A DNA stretch of 64,000 nt from Mobula hypostoma (lineage: Eukaryota): assembly GCF_963921235.1 (NCBI RefSeq), contig NC_086097.1:190156001-190220000 (forward strand), in the 5' to 3' direction. Position numbers and translations under genes: made by a program. Every line of letters starts with the position of its first letter. The stretch's first letter is position 1. The notes beneath the pieces are model-generated. The model was given only the letters and a program-made list of their open reading frames with translations, was not told where the DNA came from and ran no database searches. Shown here piece after piece: positions 1 through 12,047 of this stretch.

Positions 1-49
1 CGGGGGTGGGGGGGAGAGCAGAGCTGGAAGGGGACACAGTACTAGGTGG

Positions 50-575
50 TTTGAAGTCTGTAATTACCTGTATGCCATGCCACATGCGCCGGGGGTCCGA
101 GGAGTTGAAATGCTCCTCGATTCTCTGTTTGTATATGTGTTTAGTCTGAGAGATTCCTCTCCTCAGGTTGACCCTGGCTGAGCTGTAAGCCTCCCGGTCT
201 CCAGACCTGAAGGCAGAATCTCTAGCTTTGGGCAGGAGGTGAATTTCTCTGTTCATCCATGGTTTCTGATTGGGGAAAACTTTTATTTGTCTTTATGATG
301 TCACTCTATCTACACACTTGTTGATATGCTCAAGGACAGAGTTGGTATATAAATCAAGGTTAACCTGAGAGTCTGTGGTGGTATGGGCAGCAAATGTGCT
401 CCAGTCTGTGTACTGGAATTGGTGCTGAAGAGCAGAGTCAGCACTCTCCAGCCAGATCTTAATAGTCTTCATTGTGGGTTTCACACGTTTAATGACCGGG
501 CTATACTTGGGAAGCAGAAACAGTGAAAGATGGTTGGACTATCCCAGGTGGGGGTGAGTAGTGGCTTTGTAAGTA
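50..575 (-). mobile_element. Rex1/Babar-like LINE ORF2 fragment (region between endonuclease and RT)
   Basis: ORF 293-484 (…ALQHQFQYTDWSTF…YTNSVLEHINKCVD…) followed by FPNQKPWMN-type and ARDSAFRSGD-type motifs on the minus strand. Confidence 0.6.
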
Positions 576-1378
576 TTCCACTGTTCCTCAACTGTCCTAC
601 CAAATAGCTTGTGCTTTCAATCCACATTAGCTAATTCCTCCCTCATCCTGTTGTAGTCTCCCTTGTTCAAGCATAATACACTAGTTTTAGATCTAACTAT
701 TTCATCCTCCATGTGAATGTGAAATTCAGTCACACTATGATCACTCTTTCCAAGAGGATCCCTGACTACAAGATCCTTAATCTTAATTGACTCATTGCAC
801 AGGACTAGATCTAAGATAGTATTTTCCCTTGTAGGTTCACTAACATGCTGCTCAAGAAAGCCATCACGGATACATTCTTTGAAGTCCACCTCAAGACTTC
901 CTTGACCAACCTGATTCACCCAATCTATGTGTAAGTTAAAATCCCCCATGACAACTGCCATTCCATTCTTACAAGCCTCAGTTATTTCTTGGTTAATCTC
1001 CTCTGCCACTGCAATATTTTTATTAGGTGGTCTATAGACAACACACACCAGTGATTTTTTTTTCCCTTTACTATTCTTAATTTCTTCCTAGATGGACTCA
1101 ACATTCTGCTCCATAGATCTTATATCGTCTCTCACTATTGCCCTGATCTCACCCTAATCAGAGTGCCACCCACCTCCTCTGCCTTCCTGCCTATCTTTCC
1201 GTATTACCTGATACCCTGGGATATTTAATTCCCAGTCATCCCTACCTTGCAACCAGGCTTCTGTAATGGCCACTAAATCATTGGTACTGATCTGTGTTCA
1301 CTAACCTTGTTTCTAATACTATGGGCATTTAGATAAAGTGCCCTTATACCCATTGTCAATTTAGAATCTAGTGACCTA
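576..1378 (-). mobile_element. CR1 LINE fragment, APE endonuclease
   Basis: ORF 617-1048 contains VYRPP, MGDFN, ILDLVL and SDH endonuclease motifs. Confidence 0.85.
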
Positions 1379-1664
1379 TGCAATTTTTGCTTTTTACTTT
1401 TATGCACTCTACTCTTACTTTTATCTTCACTAACTCTAGCTTTGGTTTCTGCATCACTTCCCTCTTCTTTTCTGTGTAGGTCTCATCCCCCTGCCATCCT
1501 TCTCTGTTCTTATTGTAGGACAATGAAAGTGTTTGGAAAATTGACAGTTCAAGGTTCTTTAAATAGCACATTTATAATCAAGATCTCCAAAAACACAAAG
1601 TATCCTAACTTAAGCATTGAAGGAATAATGAGGTACTGTTTCAGTATGGTAATCAATCCAAAGT

Positions 1665-1995
1665 TGTCAGGAAAATAGAGGAGGGTTGACCTACATACAC
1701 AGTAGCAGAGACAATTTAGTGGTGAGTGATTACTTTAAAAATAAACTGCAAAATAACAAGCCCTGTGGAGGGCCACAAAACAAGAGAGAAGAGGTACCAG
1801 GTGCCACAGACAACAAGGTAACTGAAGACTAGGAGCAACTCGTTGAGGTTGGCTGGTTTGTTTGACCAGCCTTATTCAAGGACTGAATAAGAGCTGGGTT
1901 TAAATAGGCTGCAGGTGTTGAGTTAAAAATGACTGGCAAGTGACTCCTGATAACTGGATGGAAACCGGGTGGAGCTTGTACGTGCAGGCCTGACA
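1665..1995 (-). repeat. 3' LTR of the chromovirus
   Basis: Bounded by the perfect inverted termini TGTCAGG…CCTGACA; aligns with 5288-5573 (shared gagctgggtttaaataggctgcaggtg). Confidence 0.85.
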
Positions 1996-2059
1996 GGACC
2001 CACCATCCTGATGTCTGGATGGAAACTGGGAGGAGCTTGTACGTGCAGGCCTGACAAGA

Positions 2060-4186
2060 CCTACCACCCTGATGACTGGCTGTCATCAGGCCAGGATGAT
2101 CCAGATGGGTCCACTGGATCTCCTGAATGAGTGATGGATCCAACGCGTAACTGAACGGTACCCAGGATCACTCCTCTGGGACATACCCTTCCCAGTCAAC
2201 CCGGTGCTGCACACCCTGTCCACAATGTGAATCCACTAACTGGTGAATAGTGCCTACTGGACAACCTTCCACCATCCTTGATTTTGGAGGTGCAGGCTCA
2301 GGTGGGTTGAGTTGTCCATGGACAACAAGCTTGAGGCAGGATAATTGCAAGGTAGCTGAGATCCCAAAAGACAGTGGTAGCTGGAAATGGTGAATGACTG
2401 AGCTGATGCAATGGGTAATCATGAAGGGACTAACGAACCAGGGTGCGAGCTTGTGGGAGTCAGTGGACAGGGGCAGATCTCAGGTGGATAGCCAGACATG
2501 GTCACTAGGCCAGAGTAGTCTAGCTGGGCACGGACAGCAGTTCGACTGGTGGCTGTTGGGTTTGGTTGGCAACTAGGATGGCCCTCCATTCCCTCTCCCA
2601 AACAATCTGCCATTGGTGAAACAGGGCCACAGTGTGGGTTGGAGGCCTTGAAGCAATTAAAGGGTGACATACCTGTGGCAGAGGATGAACGTAGATTGTC
2701 AAACAGCTCAGCCCAGGGCAGATATTTTTCCCACATGAAGGGGTCAGAGGCGGCAATACATTGCAGAAATTTCACTATTTGCTGATGGTTTTTTTCTGTC
2801 TGTTAGTCTGCAAATGATAGCCAGAGGACAATGTCACTGAGGTGCAAAGGAGGGAACAGGTCTCACCAGAGGTGGGAGATGAACTGTAGCCCCAGTCTGA
2901 CACAATGTCCTGGGGGAAATCAGGGAAGCAGACTACATGTTGGAGAACCAGGTCTGCCACCTCAGCGGCTGACAGAAGGTTGGGGAAAGCAATGAAGTGG
3001 GTTGTCTCGGAGTACCGTTCCACCACTATCAAGATCAGCATAGCCCCACTGGAAGGCAGCAAATCTGTGATGAAATCCATGATGATGTGGGACCATGAGT
3101 GTTGAGAGACTGGCAGGGGCTGTAGGAGCCCAGAGGGATTGGACTGGGCAAGTTGAGGGCAGACAGTGACATACATCTGCGATTATGGTGGGCCACCAGA
3201 ACCAGCATTGCAGGAAGTCTATTGTGCACTGGATGGCTGGAGAGGGATGAGGAGTGGTCCCACAGGAGTCCCTCAGAGTGCAGCTGGGAGGGTGGAATGA
3301 TGGGCTGAGTGTCAATTTCCATTTCGGCTGGATTGAACTGTCATGACAGCATCCCTTTCAGTGTTCTTGGAGCAGAGTTGGTAGGATATGGTGAAGTTGA
3401 ATTTCTCGCAGAAGAGGGCCCTGTGAGCCTAACGTATGCTGAGTTTGCAGGTTGACTGAATAGATACAAGGTTCTGATGATCAGTCCATATCAGAAAAGG
3501 CTTGATGTTTCTTATCAGCCAATATCTCCATTCCTCCAAGGTCCATTTAATAGTGAGTAGCTCCTTGTCTCCTATTCCATAATGATGCTGTAGAGAGTTG
3601 AACCTGCATGAGGAGAAGGCATGAGGAATGTGTCTTTCTGTCCAGTGCTCACTGGGAGAGGATGGCCCCTGATTCCACATCAGATGCGTCCACTTCTATC
3701 ACAAAAGGTCTGGAGGGATTCGAATGGTAGAGAATAGGAGTCGAGGAGAAGCATCTCTTGATCTCTTCAAAAGCATTGTCTACAGTAGCAGACTAGTTTA
3801 TCCATGAGGTAGGTTATCCATGGTCAGCGAGGAGATAGAAGTAGCAATTTGGCTGTAGTTTCTGATGAAACAGTGGTGGAAGTTACAGAACCAAATAGTG
3901 CTGTAACTGTTTGAGGAAGTGTGACTGGGGCCATTCAATTATGTCATTCTCTTTCTCTGTGTCCAGGGTTATAGCTTGAGGTGAAACGGCATAACCCAGG
4001 AATAAAATGATAGGTGTGAACCTGGCATTTTTCTAACTTGCAGTACAGTTGGTTTTTGAGGAGATGCTGAAGCATTGAATGGAGATTACAGACATGGTCT
4101 TGGGTGTCCTTGGAAAGATGAGGATAGTGTTGAGGTAGATGAACACATACCTCTGTAGCATGTCTCAGAGGATCTCGTTACCAGAT
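2060..4186 (-). pseudogene. Fragmented Gypsy pol: RT C-terminus, RNase H, integrase, chromodomain
   Basis: YVFIYLNTILIF (decayed YLDD); YGIGDKELLTIKWTLEEWRYWL…IWTDHQNL (RNase H); GLLQPLP…WSHIIMDFITDL…DIVSD (integrase); VDWEGYVPEE*SWVP…DPSLIQE (chromodomain); many stops and frameshifts. Confidence 0.9.
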
Positions 4187-4187
4187 G

Positions 4188-5285
4188 ACGTACACCCCAG
4201 GATTCTGAAAGAGGTTGCAAAAAAGATTGTGGAGGCAATAGTAATAATCTTTCAAGAATAACGAGATTCTGGAATGGTTCTGGAAGACTGGAAAATTGCA
4301 AATGTCACTCCACTTTTCAAGAAGGGAAAAAAGTAGAAGAAAGAAAATTATAGGCCAGTTTGTCTGACCTGTGTAGGGAAAATGTTGGAGTTAATTGTTA
4401 AGGATATGGTTTCTGGGTACTTGGAGGCTCATGATAAAATAGGCCATAGTCAGCATGGTTTCCTCAAGGGAAAACCTTGCCTGACAAATCTGTTGGAATT
4501 CTTTGAAGAAATAACAAGCAGGATAGACAAAGAAGAACTGGTTGATGTTGTGTACTTCGATATTCAAAAAGCCTTTGACAAGGTGCCATACATGAGGTTG
4601 CTTTACAAGTTATGACCCATGGAATTACAGGAAAGGTTCTAGCATAGATAAAGTAGTGGCTGATTGGCAGGAGGCAAAGAGTGGGAATGAAGAGTCTTTT
4701 CGGTTTGGCAGCTGGTGACTATGTGTTCCCTGCTCAAGGGTCTCAGCCTGAAATGTCGACTGTGCTCTTTTCCATAGATGCTGCCTGAACTGCTGAGTTC
4801 CTCCAGCATTTTCCGTGTGTTGCTTGGATTTGCAACATCTGCAGATTTTCTCTTGTTGGTGATCTACAGTGGTCTGTGTTGGGACTGATTTTTTTATGTT
4901 ATATATCAATGATTTGAATGGCGGAATTGATGGCTTTGTTGCAAAGTTTCCAGGCAATATGAAGAGCAGGTATTTTTGACAAAGTAGAGACTACAGACAG
5001 ATTTAGATGGATTAGCGGAAAGGGCAAAGATGTGGCAGATGGAATACAGTGCTGGGAAGTGTATGGTCATGTACTTTGGTAGAAGAAATGAAAGGGTGAT
5101 AATTTTCTAAATGAAGAGATAATACAAAAATCTGGGGCACAAGGGGACTTGGGAATCCTTGTGCAGGATTCCCTAAAGGTTAATTTGCAGATTGAGACAG
5201 TGGCGAGGAAGACAAATGTGATGTTAGCATTCATTTCAAGAGGACTGTAAAATAAGAACAAGGATGTAATGTTCAGATTTTATAA
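4188..5285 (+). mobile_element. CR1 LINE RT fragment nested in the chromovirus
   Basis: SQHGFLKGKPCLTNLLEFFEE…VVYFDIQKAFDKVP (ORF 4382-4615). Confidence 0.9.
4731..4857 (+). mobile_element. Penelope-like terminal repeat fragment with a degenerate hammerhead motif, nested in CR1
   Basis: agggtctcagcctgaaatgtcgactg…gatgctgcctgaactgctgagttcctccagca matches the repeat at 35181-35273. Confidence 0.75.
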
Positions 5286-5287
5286 AG

Positions 5288-5573
5288 GAGCAATGACTAT
5301 TTAGTGGGAGCGATAACTTTAATAATAAACTGCAAAGTTACAAGCCACGAAGAGCCACAAAACAAAAGAGAAGAGGTACTAAACACCACAGGCAATGAGG
5401 TAAATGAGGGCTAGGAGTAACTGGTTAAGGCTGGCTGGTACATATGTATCAACAAGGATTGTGGATGAGAGCTGGGTTTAAATAGGCTGCAGGTGATGAG
5501 TTGGAAATTAGTGACAGGTGCCTCTTGTTAGCTGAGTGGAGACTTGGAGGAGCTTGCACGTGCAGGCTTTACA
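5288..5573 (-). repeat. 5' LTR remnant of the chromovirus
   Basis: Diverged copy of ~1705-1995, ending gcaggctttaca and followed by the TSD AAAGT. Confidence 0.8.
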
Positions 5574-6065
5574 AAAGTAGATAGCAAGCCAGTCAATTTT
5601 CTCAGGTTAATAACATTTTACAAAAGAATGAAACTAATCGAACTGTGGAAATGTGAGATGAATTATGAAGATTCTCTTTGCTCTGCATGGTTCTTTATTG
5701 CTAATTATTGCATCAAAATTCAACAAGATATTTGAGATATTGAGCTATTTTTACTTAATCACAATTATTCATTTGTACAAATGTCTATATGCAAACAAAA
5801 ACAATTCACTAACAAATTTGATTACAATAAATGTTCCATACTTTCACAACCATGAGGGTGCCCACCTGATGACCCCGAAGACATACCTACCCTCCCTCCT
5901 TGTCACCACTCCAAGCCCACTGCCAACATCAAGGGTGCCGACTTACCATAGGGATTGAAACATCAAGTCCTAGTAGCTCTACTACAATAAAATTAAACAC
6001 TTTACCTTACTGTGCTTCTGTTTATAATGTTACAATATGGTGCATGTGCACACCCACAATGAAGT

Positions 6066-6101
<36 letters not shown>
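6066..6101. repeat. (TA)n(CA)n microsatellite
   Basis: Read directly from the sequence. Confidence 0.95.
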
Positions 6102-6102
<1 letters not shown>

Positions 6103-7195
6103 TAGCATGGGTGGAGCATTGGTTGATCAGCAGAAAACAGAGTGGGATTAAAGGGATCCTATTTCAGCTGTCTGCCGGTTACCAGTGGATTGGTGTTGGG
6201 ACCACTGCTTTTTACGCTGTATGTCAATGATTTGGACTATGGAATTAACCAATCTGTGGCTAACTTTGCTGATGAGACAAAGATAGGTGGAGGAGCAGGT
6301 AGTGTTGTGGGAACAGAGAGCCTGCAAAGAGACTTGGATAGTTTAGGGGAATGGGCAAAGAAGTGGGAAATGAAATACAATGTTGGAAAGTGTATGGTCA
6401 TGCACCTTGGTGGAAGAAATAAATGGGCAGACTTTTATTTAGATGGGGAGAGAATTCAAAATGCAGAGATACAAAGGGAGTTGGGAGTCCTTGTGGAGGA
6501 TACCCTAAAGGTTAACCTCCAGGTTGAGTCGGTGGTGAAGAAGGCGAATTCAATGTTGGCATTCATTTCTAGAAGTATAGAATATAAGAACACGATTGTC
6601 ATGTGGAGGCTCTATAAGGCACTCCTGAGACCACACTTGGAGTATTGTGTGCAGTTTTGGCCTCATTATTTTAGAAAGGATATACTAACACTGGAGAGGG
6701 TTCAGAGAAGATTCACGAGAATGATTGCAGGAATGAAAGGGTTACCGTATGAGGAACATCTGGCAGCTCTTGGGCTGTATTCCCTGGAGTTTAGGAGAAT
6801 GAGGGGGAATCTCATAGAAACATTCCAAATGTTAAAAGGCCTGAACAGATTAGATATGGCAAAATTATTTCCCGTGGTAAGGGAGTTTAGGACAAGAGGG
6901 CATGACTTCAGGATTGAAGGACGTCCATTTAGAATGGAGATGTGGAGAATTTACTTTAGTCAGAGGGTGGTAAATCTGTGGAATTTGTTGCCATGAGCAG
7001 CTGTGGAGGCCAAATCATTGGGTGGATTTAAGACAGAGATAGATAAGTTCTTGATTGGCCAGGGCATCAAATGGAATGGGAAGAAGGCAGGGGAGTGGGG
7101 ATGACTGGAAGAATTGGATCAGCCATGATTGAATGGTGGAGCAGACATGATGGGCCGAATGGCCTACTTCTGCTCCTATATCTTCTGGTCTTATG
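6102..7195 (+). mobile_element. 5'-truncated CR1 LINE (RT C-terminus and 3' UTR)
   Basis: ORF 6142-6996 with LGPLLF, FADETK and RPHLEYCVQFW; ends in a tcttctggtcttatg tail. Confidence 0.92.
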
Positions 7196-7319
7196 TTAAA
7201 AAATCTTCAAAGTTTTGAATAAGCAAGCTTTCACACTGATAAAATCAATTGTCTTTATAATAAACATGTAGAACATTTATAGTTACTTGAAATAAAGCAA
7301 TCGGCATAATCAAAGATCA

Positions 7320-7680
7320 CCCGCCCAACCCAGGACATTCTCACTTTTCCCCTTTCTCATCGGGCAGAAGTATAAATGGCCAAAAACATGAACCACCAGG
7401 CTGAAGGACAGCTTTTATCCCACTGTTATGAGACACTTAGCAGACCTCTTGTACAATAAAATGGACACTTGGTTTCACAATCTACCTCATTATGATCCTG
7501 CACTTTATCATTTACCTGCACTGCACATTGTGCAGTAGCTTTTACATTTTTTTCTGCATTGTTATTGCTCTACCTTATTCTAGCTCTATCCACTGTGTCA
7601 TGACTTAATCTGCATAAACAGTATGCAAAACAAGCCTTTTGCTTTATCTTGATACATGTGACAATAATAAATCAATATAA
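7320..7680 (+). mobile_element. Rex1/Babar-like LINE 3' end
   Basis: Decayed HPGH…PSGRRY…TTRLKDSFYP coding end and a catgtgacaataataaa tail. Confidence 0.65.
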
Positions 7681-10600
7681 ATATTCTTGGTATCTCAAAG
7701 AAAATCACAAAAGACAGTAACTTAGCAGATACGTAATTGATGAAATCTAGTTTCTCTACCGTACAATGTCAATGTACAATAAAGTCGAAACATTGCTTAA
7801 ACAATTAAAATTCAAATTCATTTCTTAAAGAATTAACTGGGAACTCTTTGTGCTGTACAGCTGTTCATTTACTGTCAAACTATGAGTATACTTAGAAACT
7901 ATCATTGGCATTGTTTCACTAATAGTATTTTTCAAAATTTCCTTAATTACGGAGCAGATCAAAACCAGTATCATGCTAGAAATATTCCACATGTTGGACA
8001 GCTTCAATGGAGAGACAAAAAGCTGCCGTTCTGATGAAATATCCCTAAAATGAGACATGACCTTTTCATTCCTTTACAAATGCTGCCTGATCTGTTGTAT
8101 CTGACCTGAAAAATCTGATTTTTTTTCCAATTCCTTACATTTGTGAAATAATTTGGATGTTGCACTATTAAGCACAATTGAATCTTGAATCTTAATTTGA
8201 TCAAATAAAGCAAATCTTACTGTATGACACTAATTGCTTGAAAGTACCTATTAATAATGAAGACCATAAGTTAAAATAATATAATATGTAAAAATCGATA
8301 ACACAGAAAACAGTGCTGAATTCAAAGCATTTCGCTTCAGAAAGAATATCTATTGAATTGAGAAGTCCAGTAATTAAATGTAGTTTGGATTGAATAATCT
8401 AAGGAACTACAAGTTATGTTGCATAAAGAGTTAACCTTGAAATATGATTTTAAAATATTCTGGTATTTTTAAAAATGAATCTCAAGGTAGTATACAGTGA
8501 CATACAGCACACGTACTTTGATAGTAAATTTAATTTGAACTTTGAAATACGGGAAACTAGGCATATATTTCCTACCAATTGCCAAATGCTTTGATATTAG
8601 AGGATTGTGATAGAAGAGTGAAATAGGGGAAAGATTTAACATTCATATTCCTAATATTCAGAATCTTCCACTAGTTATACATATATGCTGCCAAAAGTTC
8701 TTGTCTTTGAAAATTGCCCATGAAAAGAAAATGATATCGTGTCCACTAAAGTGGAAGGTTAATGAAAACAAAGAGGGAGTTCATGACTCTCTGTGGTGTT
8801 GAATTTATGCTATAACACCATGGGTAGATGAAGAAACTCTTCTCAGGCTTCCAGCCGAGTACCATGTGTAGATTTAGAAACATTACAGGATATGGGCAAT
8901 GGCCTTGACATCTTATTACATCAGTAAAATCTTGCTGCATTGTTCTTGTACAGCATTGTAATACCATTTGAGTCTTGGGTTCTTCATTAACTGAGTAACT
9001 GAGCCAGCATTGCGCCTTTTACTTTACAAGTAATGGTTGGGGTTAGAAACTGAGGGCAGATTCATTACTGGAAGAGTGAGGTTGGCAAAAAGTGATTGGG
9101 TCAGCATGTGAGGACTGGAACATGAGTTCAGCTATCAGAAACTGAAGCCAGGGGAGTTGCAAGTTGGGTTTGCCGTCGATCTGAGCTGCATTAGGTCAGG
9201 TTTGCCATCAAAAGATTAGAGTCTGATGGGTATGGTGGCAGATGGAAGAGTTTGGATCTGTCTGGACCTCAGAGGATTAGACTCAGATTGGCAGGAAGAA
9301 TCATGTAATTGGCTATGGAAGGGTGGAGACCATCTGGAATTAGAAGATAGAAGCTTTAAAGGGTTAGAACGCTGGGAGTATAGAAAGAATGAGGAAGCCG
9401 TTGGGAGATCAGAGGCTGGAGCCTGATATAAGTAGGGAAGTAAGTAGCAGTTCTTAATCTTTGGAATATGTAGTGTAATTTCCCCAGCAATGCTTTTAAA
9501 GGTCCGCTCCATAAGAAATGACATCAGTTAACATGTACCTGATGTGGAAATCGTATCAAATGCACACCAGGCAGATTTCTGCAATATAATCCAAAAATAA
9601 TCATCAATTGGTTTCAGACTCCTTGGTGCTTTAACAAGAAACGCCATATGGTTGAGCAGCTACTCTAAGATTCCTCTGATCCTCAAAGAATGGATACAGT
9701 GATATACTGTTTTGTAGCAATGTGATAATAAAAAGTGAACTAAAAGCTAATGTACCTGGCAATATTTGTCATCACTCATACAGCAAACTACCCTAGGGAA
9801 GAGATGTATTGAAAAAGAATCAGCTGGAAAGCTATGAAGGAGGTGCACCATCTGGTGCCACGCACACCTCCGGAAACCAGAGTACTCCATTTCTTTGCCA
9901 CAGGCACCTGCAGGGACATTGCCACTGTTGTACGTGGCAACAGTCCATTAACTGAACTGCAGTTTTATTTCTTCAAGCACAGAAACAAATAAATTTTAGT
10001 GATAATTGGTTGCAACAACAAATACAGTTGTGCCTGTTCACCTATTTCCCCATTCACTTTCTTCCTCAACAGTCTATAACACCATCCTACCTTCAATCTA
10101 CCATAAAATTAACCTATTTCAACAGATCAAGCAATGCAGACTTTATAGATTTGCTTTGGTCTACACAATGCACAACTAGTTTAATGACACTGCCATTTTG
10201 TATGCTAAATATGCATCAGAGACACAGATGGAAATAACAGTAAGACTGCAGCTGATTGTTTTCTCTCCCACTCGCTCACACTGCAATTAACACCCCATCC
10301 ATAAGCAGAGACATCATCCTCATGAAGGAAGCAAGAATATAAAAACTGAAATTGAAATTTAAAGGAAATATACTATCAAAATCTATTTCTGACTCTTAGA
10401 AATTATCAAAGAATATTGAAAATTAATTCTAGAGTTGGTGCATTGGACATACCGTAGGAGATTTATTATTGATAAAAAGTTCCTATATCTGTGGCACTCA
10501 AGTTTTGCTATCTTTTAACAAATGTAATTCTGATTACCATTTTCACAACTGTAAAGTTTGACCAACTGTTTTGTGTGTGTGGCTGCAATGATTTGGGGTA

Positions 10601-11936
10601 GGCAATTCCATAAGATTTCTATCTCTGCAGAGAAAGCTATTGCAGTATCAGAAATGAAGCTTTGTACAATGTAACTTACAAATACCCTTGTTAGTTCAAA
10701 GTATTGCTATCTCCAGCATCTTAATGAGTGAAAAAAAATTGGATATTGAGACATATCTCTTTGTGGTGTTCTTCCTTCTTTTCTTCGTTGCCCACTTCCT
10801 TTTGCCTTGGTGATGGCAAAGACTGGTTCTTCAGTTCAGAAAAAAAAAATCACAAAATCTAAAGCGGGATCAAGATGCAGCAGTCTTTTTGAATTGCACT
10901 GACAATGGAAGTTTTGTCTGAACATGTGATTTATCTGCTCAGTTACGTTTCATCTGGATTCTGCACAAACATGGAACATGCATGTCTATGCTTGGGCTCC
11001 ACACTGATCTCAAGTTATGTCTTAAGCTATGGCCAATTTCTTGGCTTTGGTCCCAATCAGTGAAAAGGCAATGCAGAGGACTCATGTAGGACAAATGCAA
11101 TTTCACTGTTTACAAGCTTAAAGTTATTTGCTGAACTGCTGGTAGCCACAAGCAAATGCATTTATCGATTCATCACTCTCCACTGTAGAATGACGAATCA
11201 GTGATATTGCCAGCCTGTTGAAGGGGAGCATACAAGATGATGTGGGTTCTTGCAATGGAACTTCAGGGAGCTTACAATCAGGGCTAATCATCTTACACTC
11301 ATATCCTGTTTTGTCTTGTCTGCTGGTAATGTATTTTATGTTTCTTCTTCCTGATGTAGACAGCCTTCTATCTCCTCTTGGAGATAGTGATTTATAGAAA
11401 AAACAACAAGGATTATTATTGCAGCATATTCCTCACACAGTGTATATTGCTTCAGTGAGGTATGAGAATGGCTTCCTGAACATGGTCACCGTCTCATGTG
11501 CATTGCTTCCATCTCCTGCTCTTTCCCATCTTTTCATTTTTCCTGCATTCCATCTTGAGACAGGCCTAGGAGATCACCTATGACCGAAATTGTTTCTTTC
11601 CTTTGCATTCAAGACCAGTCCAGTACAAACTCAGAGTTATTATTTAATTTCATAACATTCTTATGAAAATCAAAAACAAAATAACATATTGAATCTGACA
11701 AAACTAATCAGCATCTAAACTGAATGGAGAGAATGTGTCCTTTAAATAACTGCTGCGGTGTTCCCATCAACCACTGGCATTATGAAAGAGCTTATCATGT
11801 GTTGACCAAGCAATGGAGCAGATCCATGAAAGGGATTAAATTACTGTAAGTAGAAGACCATTATTCAAATATATTCTTGAAGTTTAGGGTGCATTTGTAG
11901 TACTACTTGGATGTCTGCAATACATCTAAAAAGATG

Positions 11937-12047
11937 CAAACAACAGGAATTTCCTGACGAAGGGTCTCGGCCTGAAACGTCGACTGTACCTCTTCCTAGA
12001 GATGCTGCCTGGCCTGCTGCGTTCACCAGCAACTTTGATGTGTGTTG
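11937..12047 (+). mobile_element. Miniature Penelope-like insertion with hammerhead core
   Basis: 14-bp TSD CATCTAAAAAGATG (11923-11936, 12048-12061); CTGACGA-agggtctcggcct-GAAA-CGTC at 11954-11981. Confidence 0.85.

Larger units (their letters stand above)
1665..5573 (-). mobile_element. Decayed Ty3/Gypsy chromovirus-type LTR retrotransposon
   Basis: Two related LTR copies (1665-1995, ~5288-5573); 5-bp TSD AAAGT at 1660-1664 and 5574-5578; RT, RNase H, integrase and chromodomain remnants between them. Confidence 0.9.

Noticed and set aside
8025..8135. ctgatga-containing segment (similar ones near 21630, 46920 and 53787)
   Set aside because: Probably very old Penelope repeat remnants; the GAAA/GUC core or helices are lost, so not called as ribozymes
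8820..9440. Short ORFs and repeat-like sequence
   Set aside because: Possibly an ancient element, but too decayed to assign
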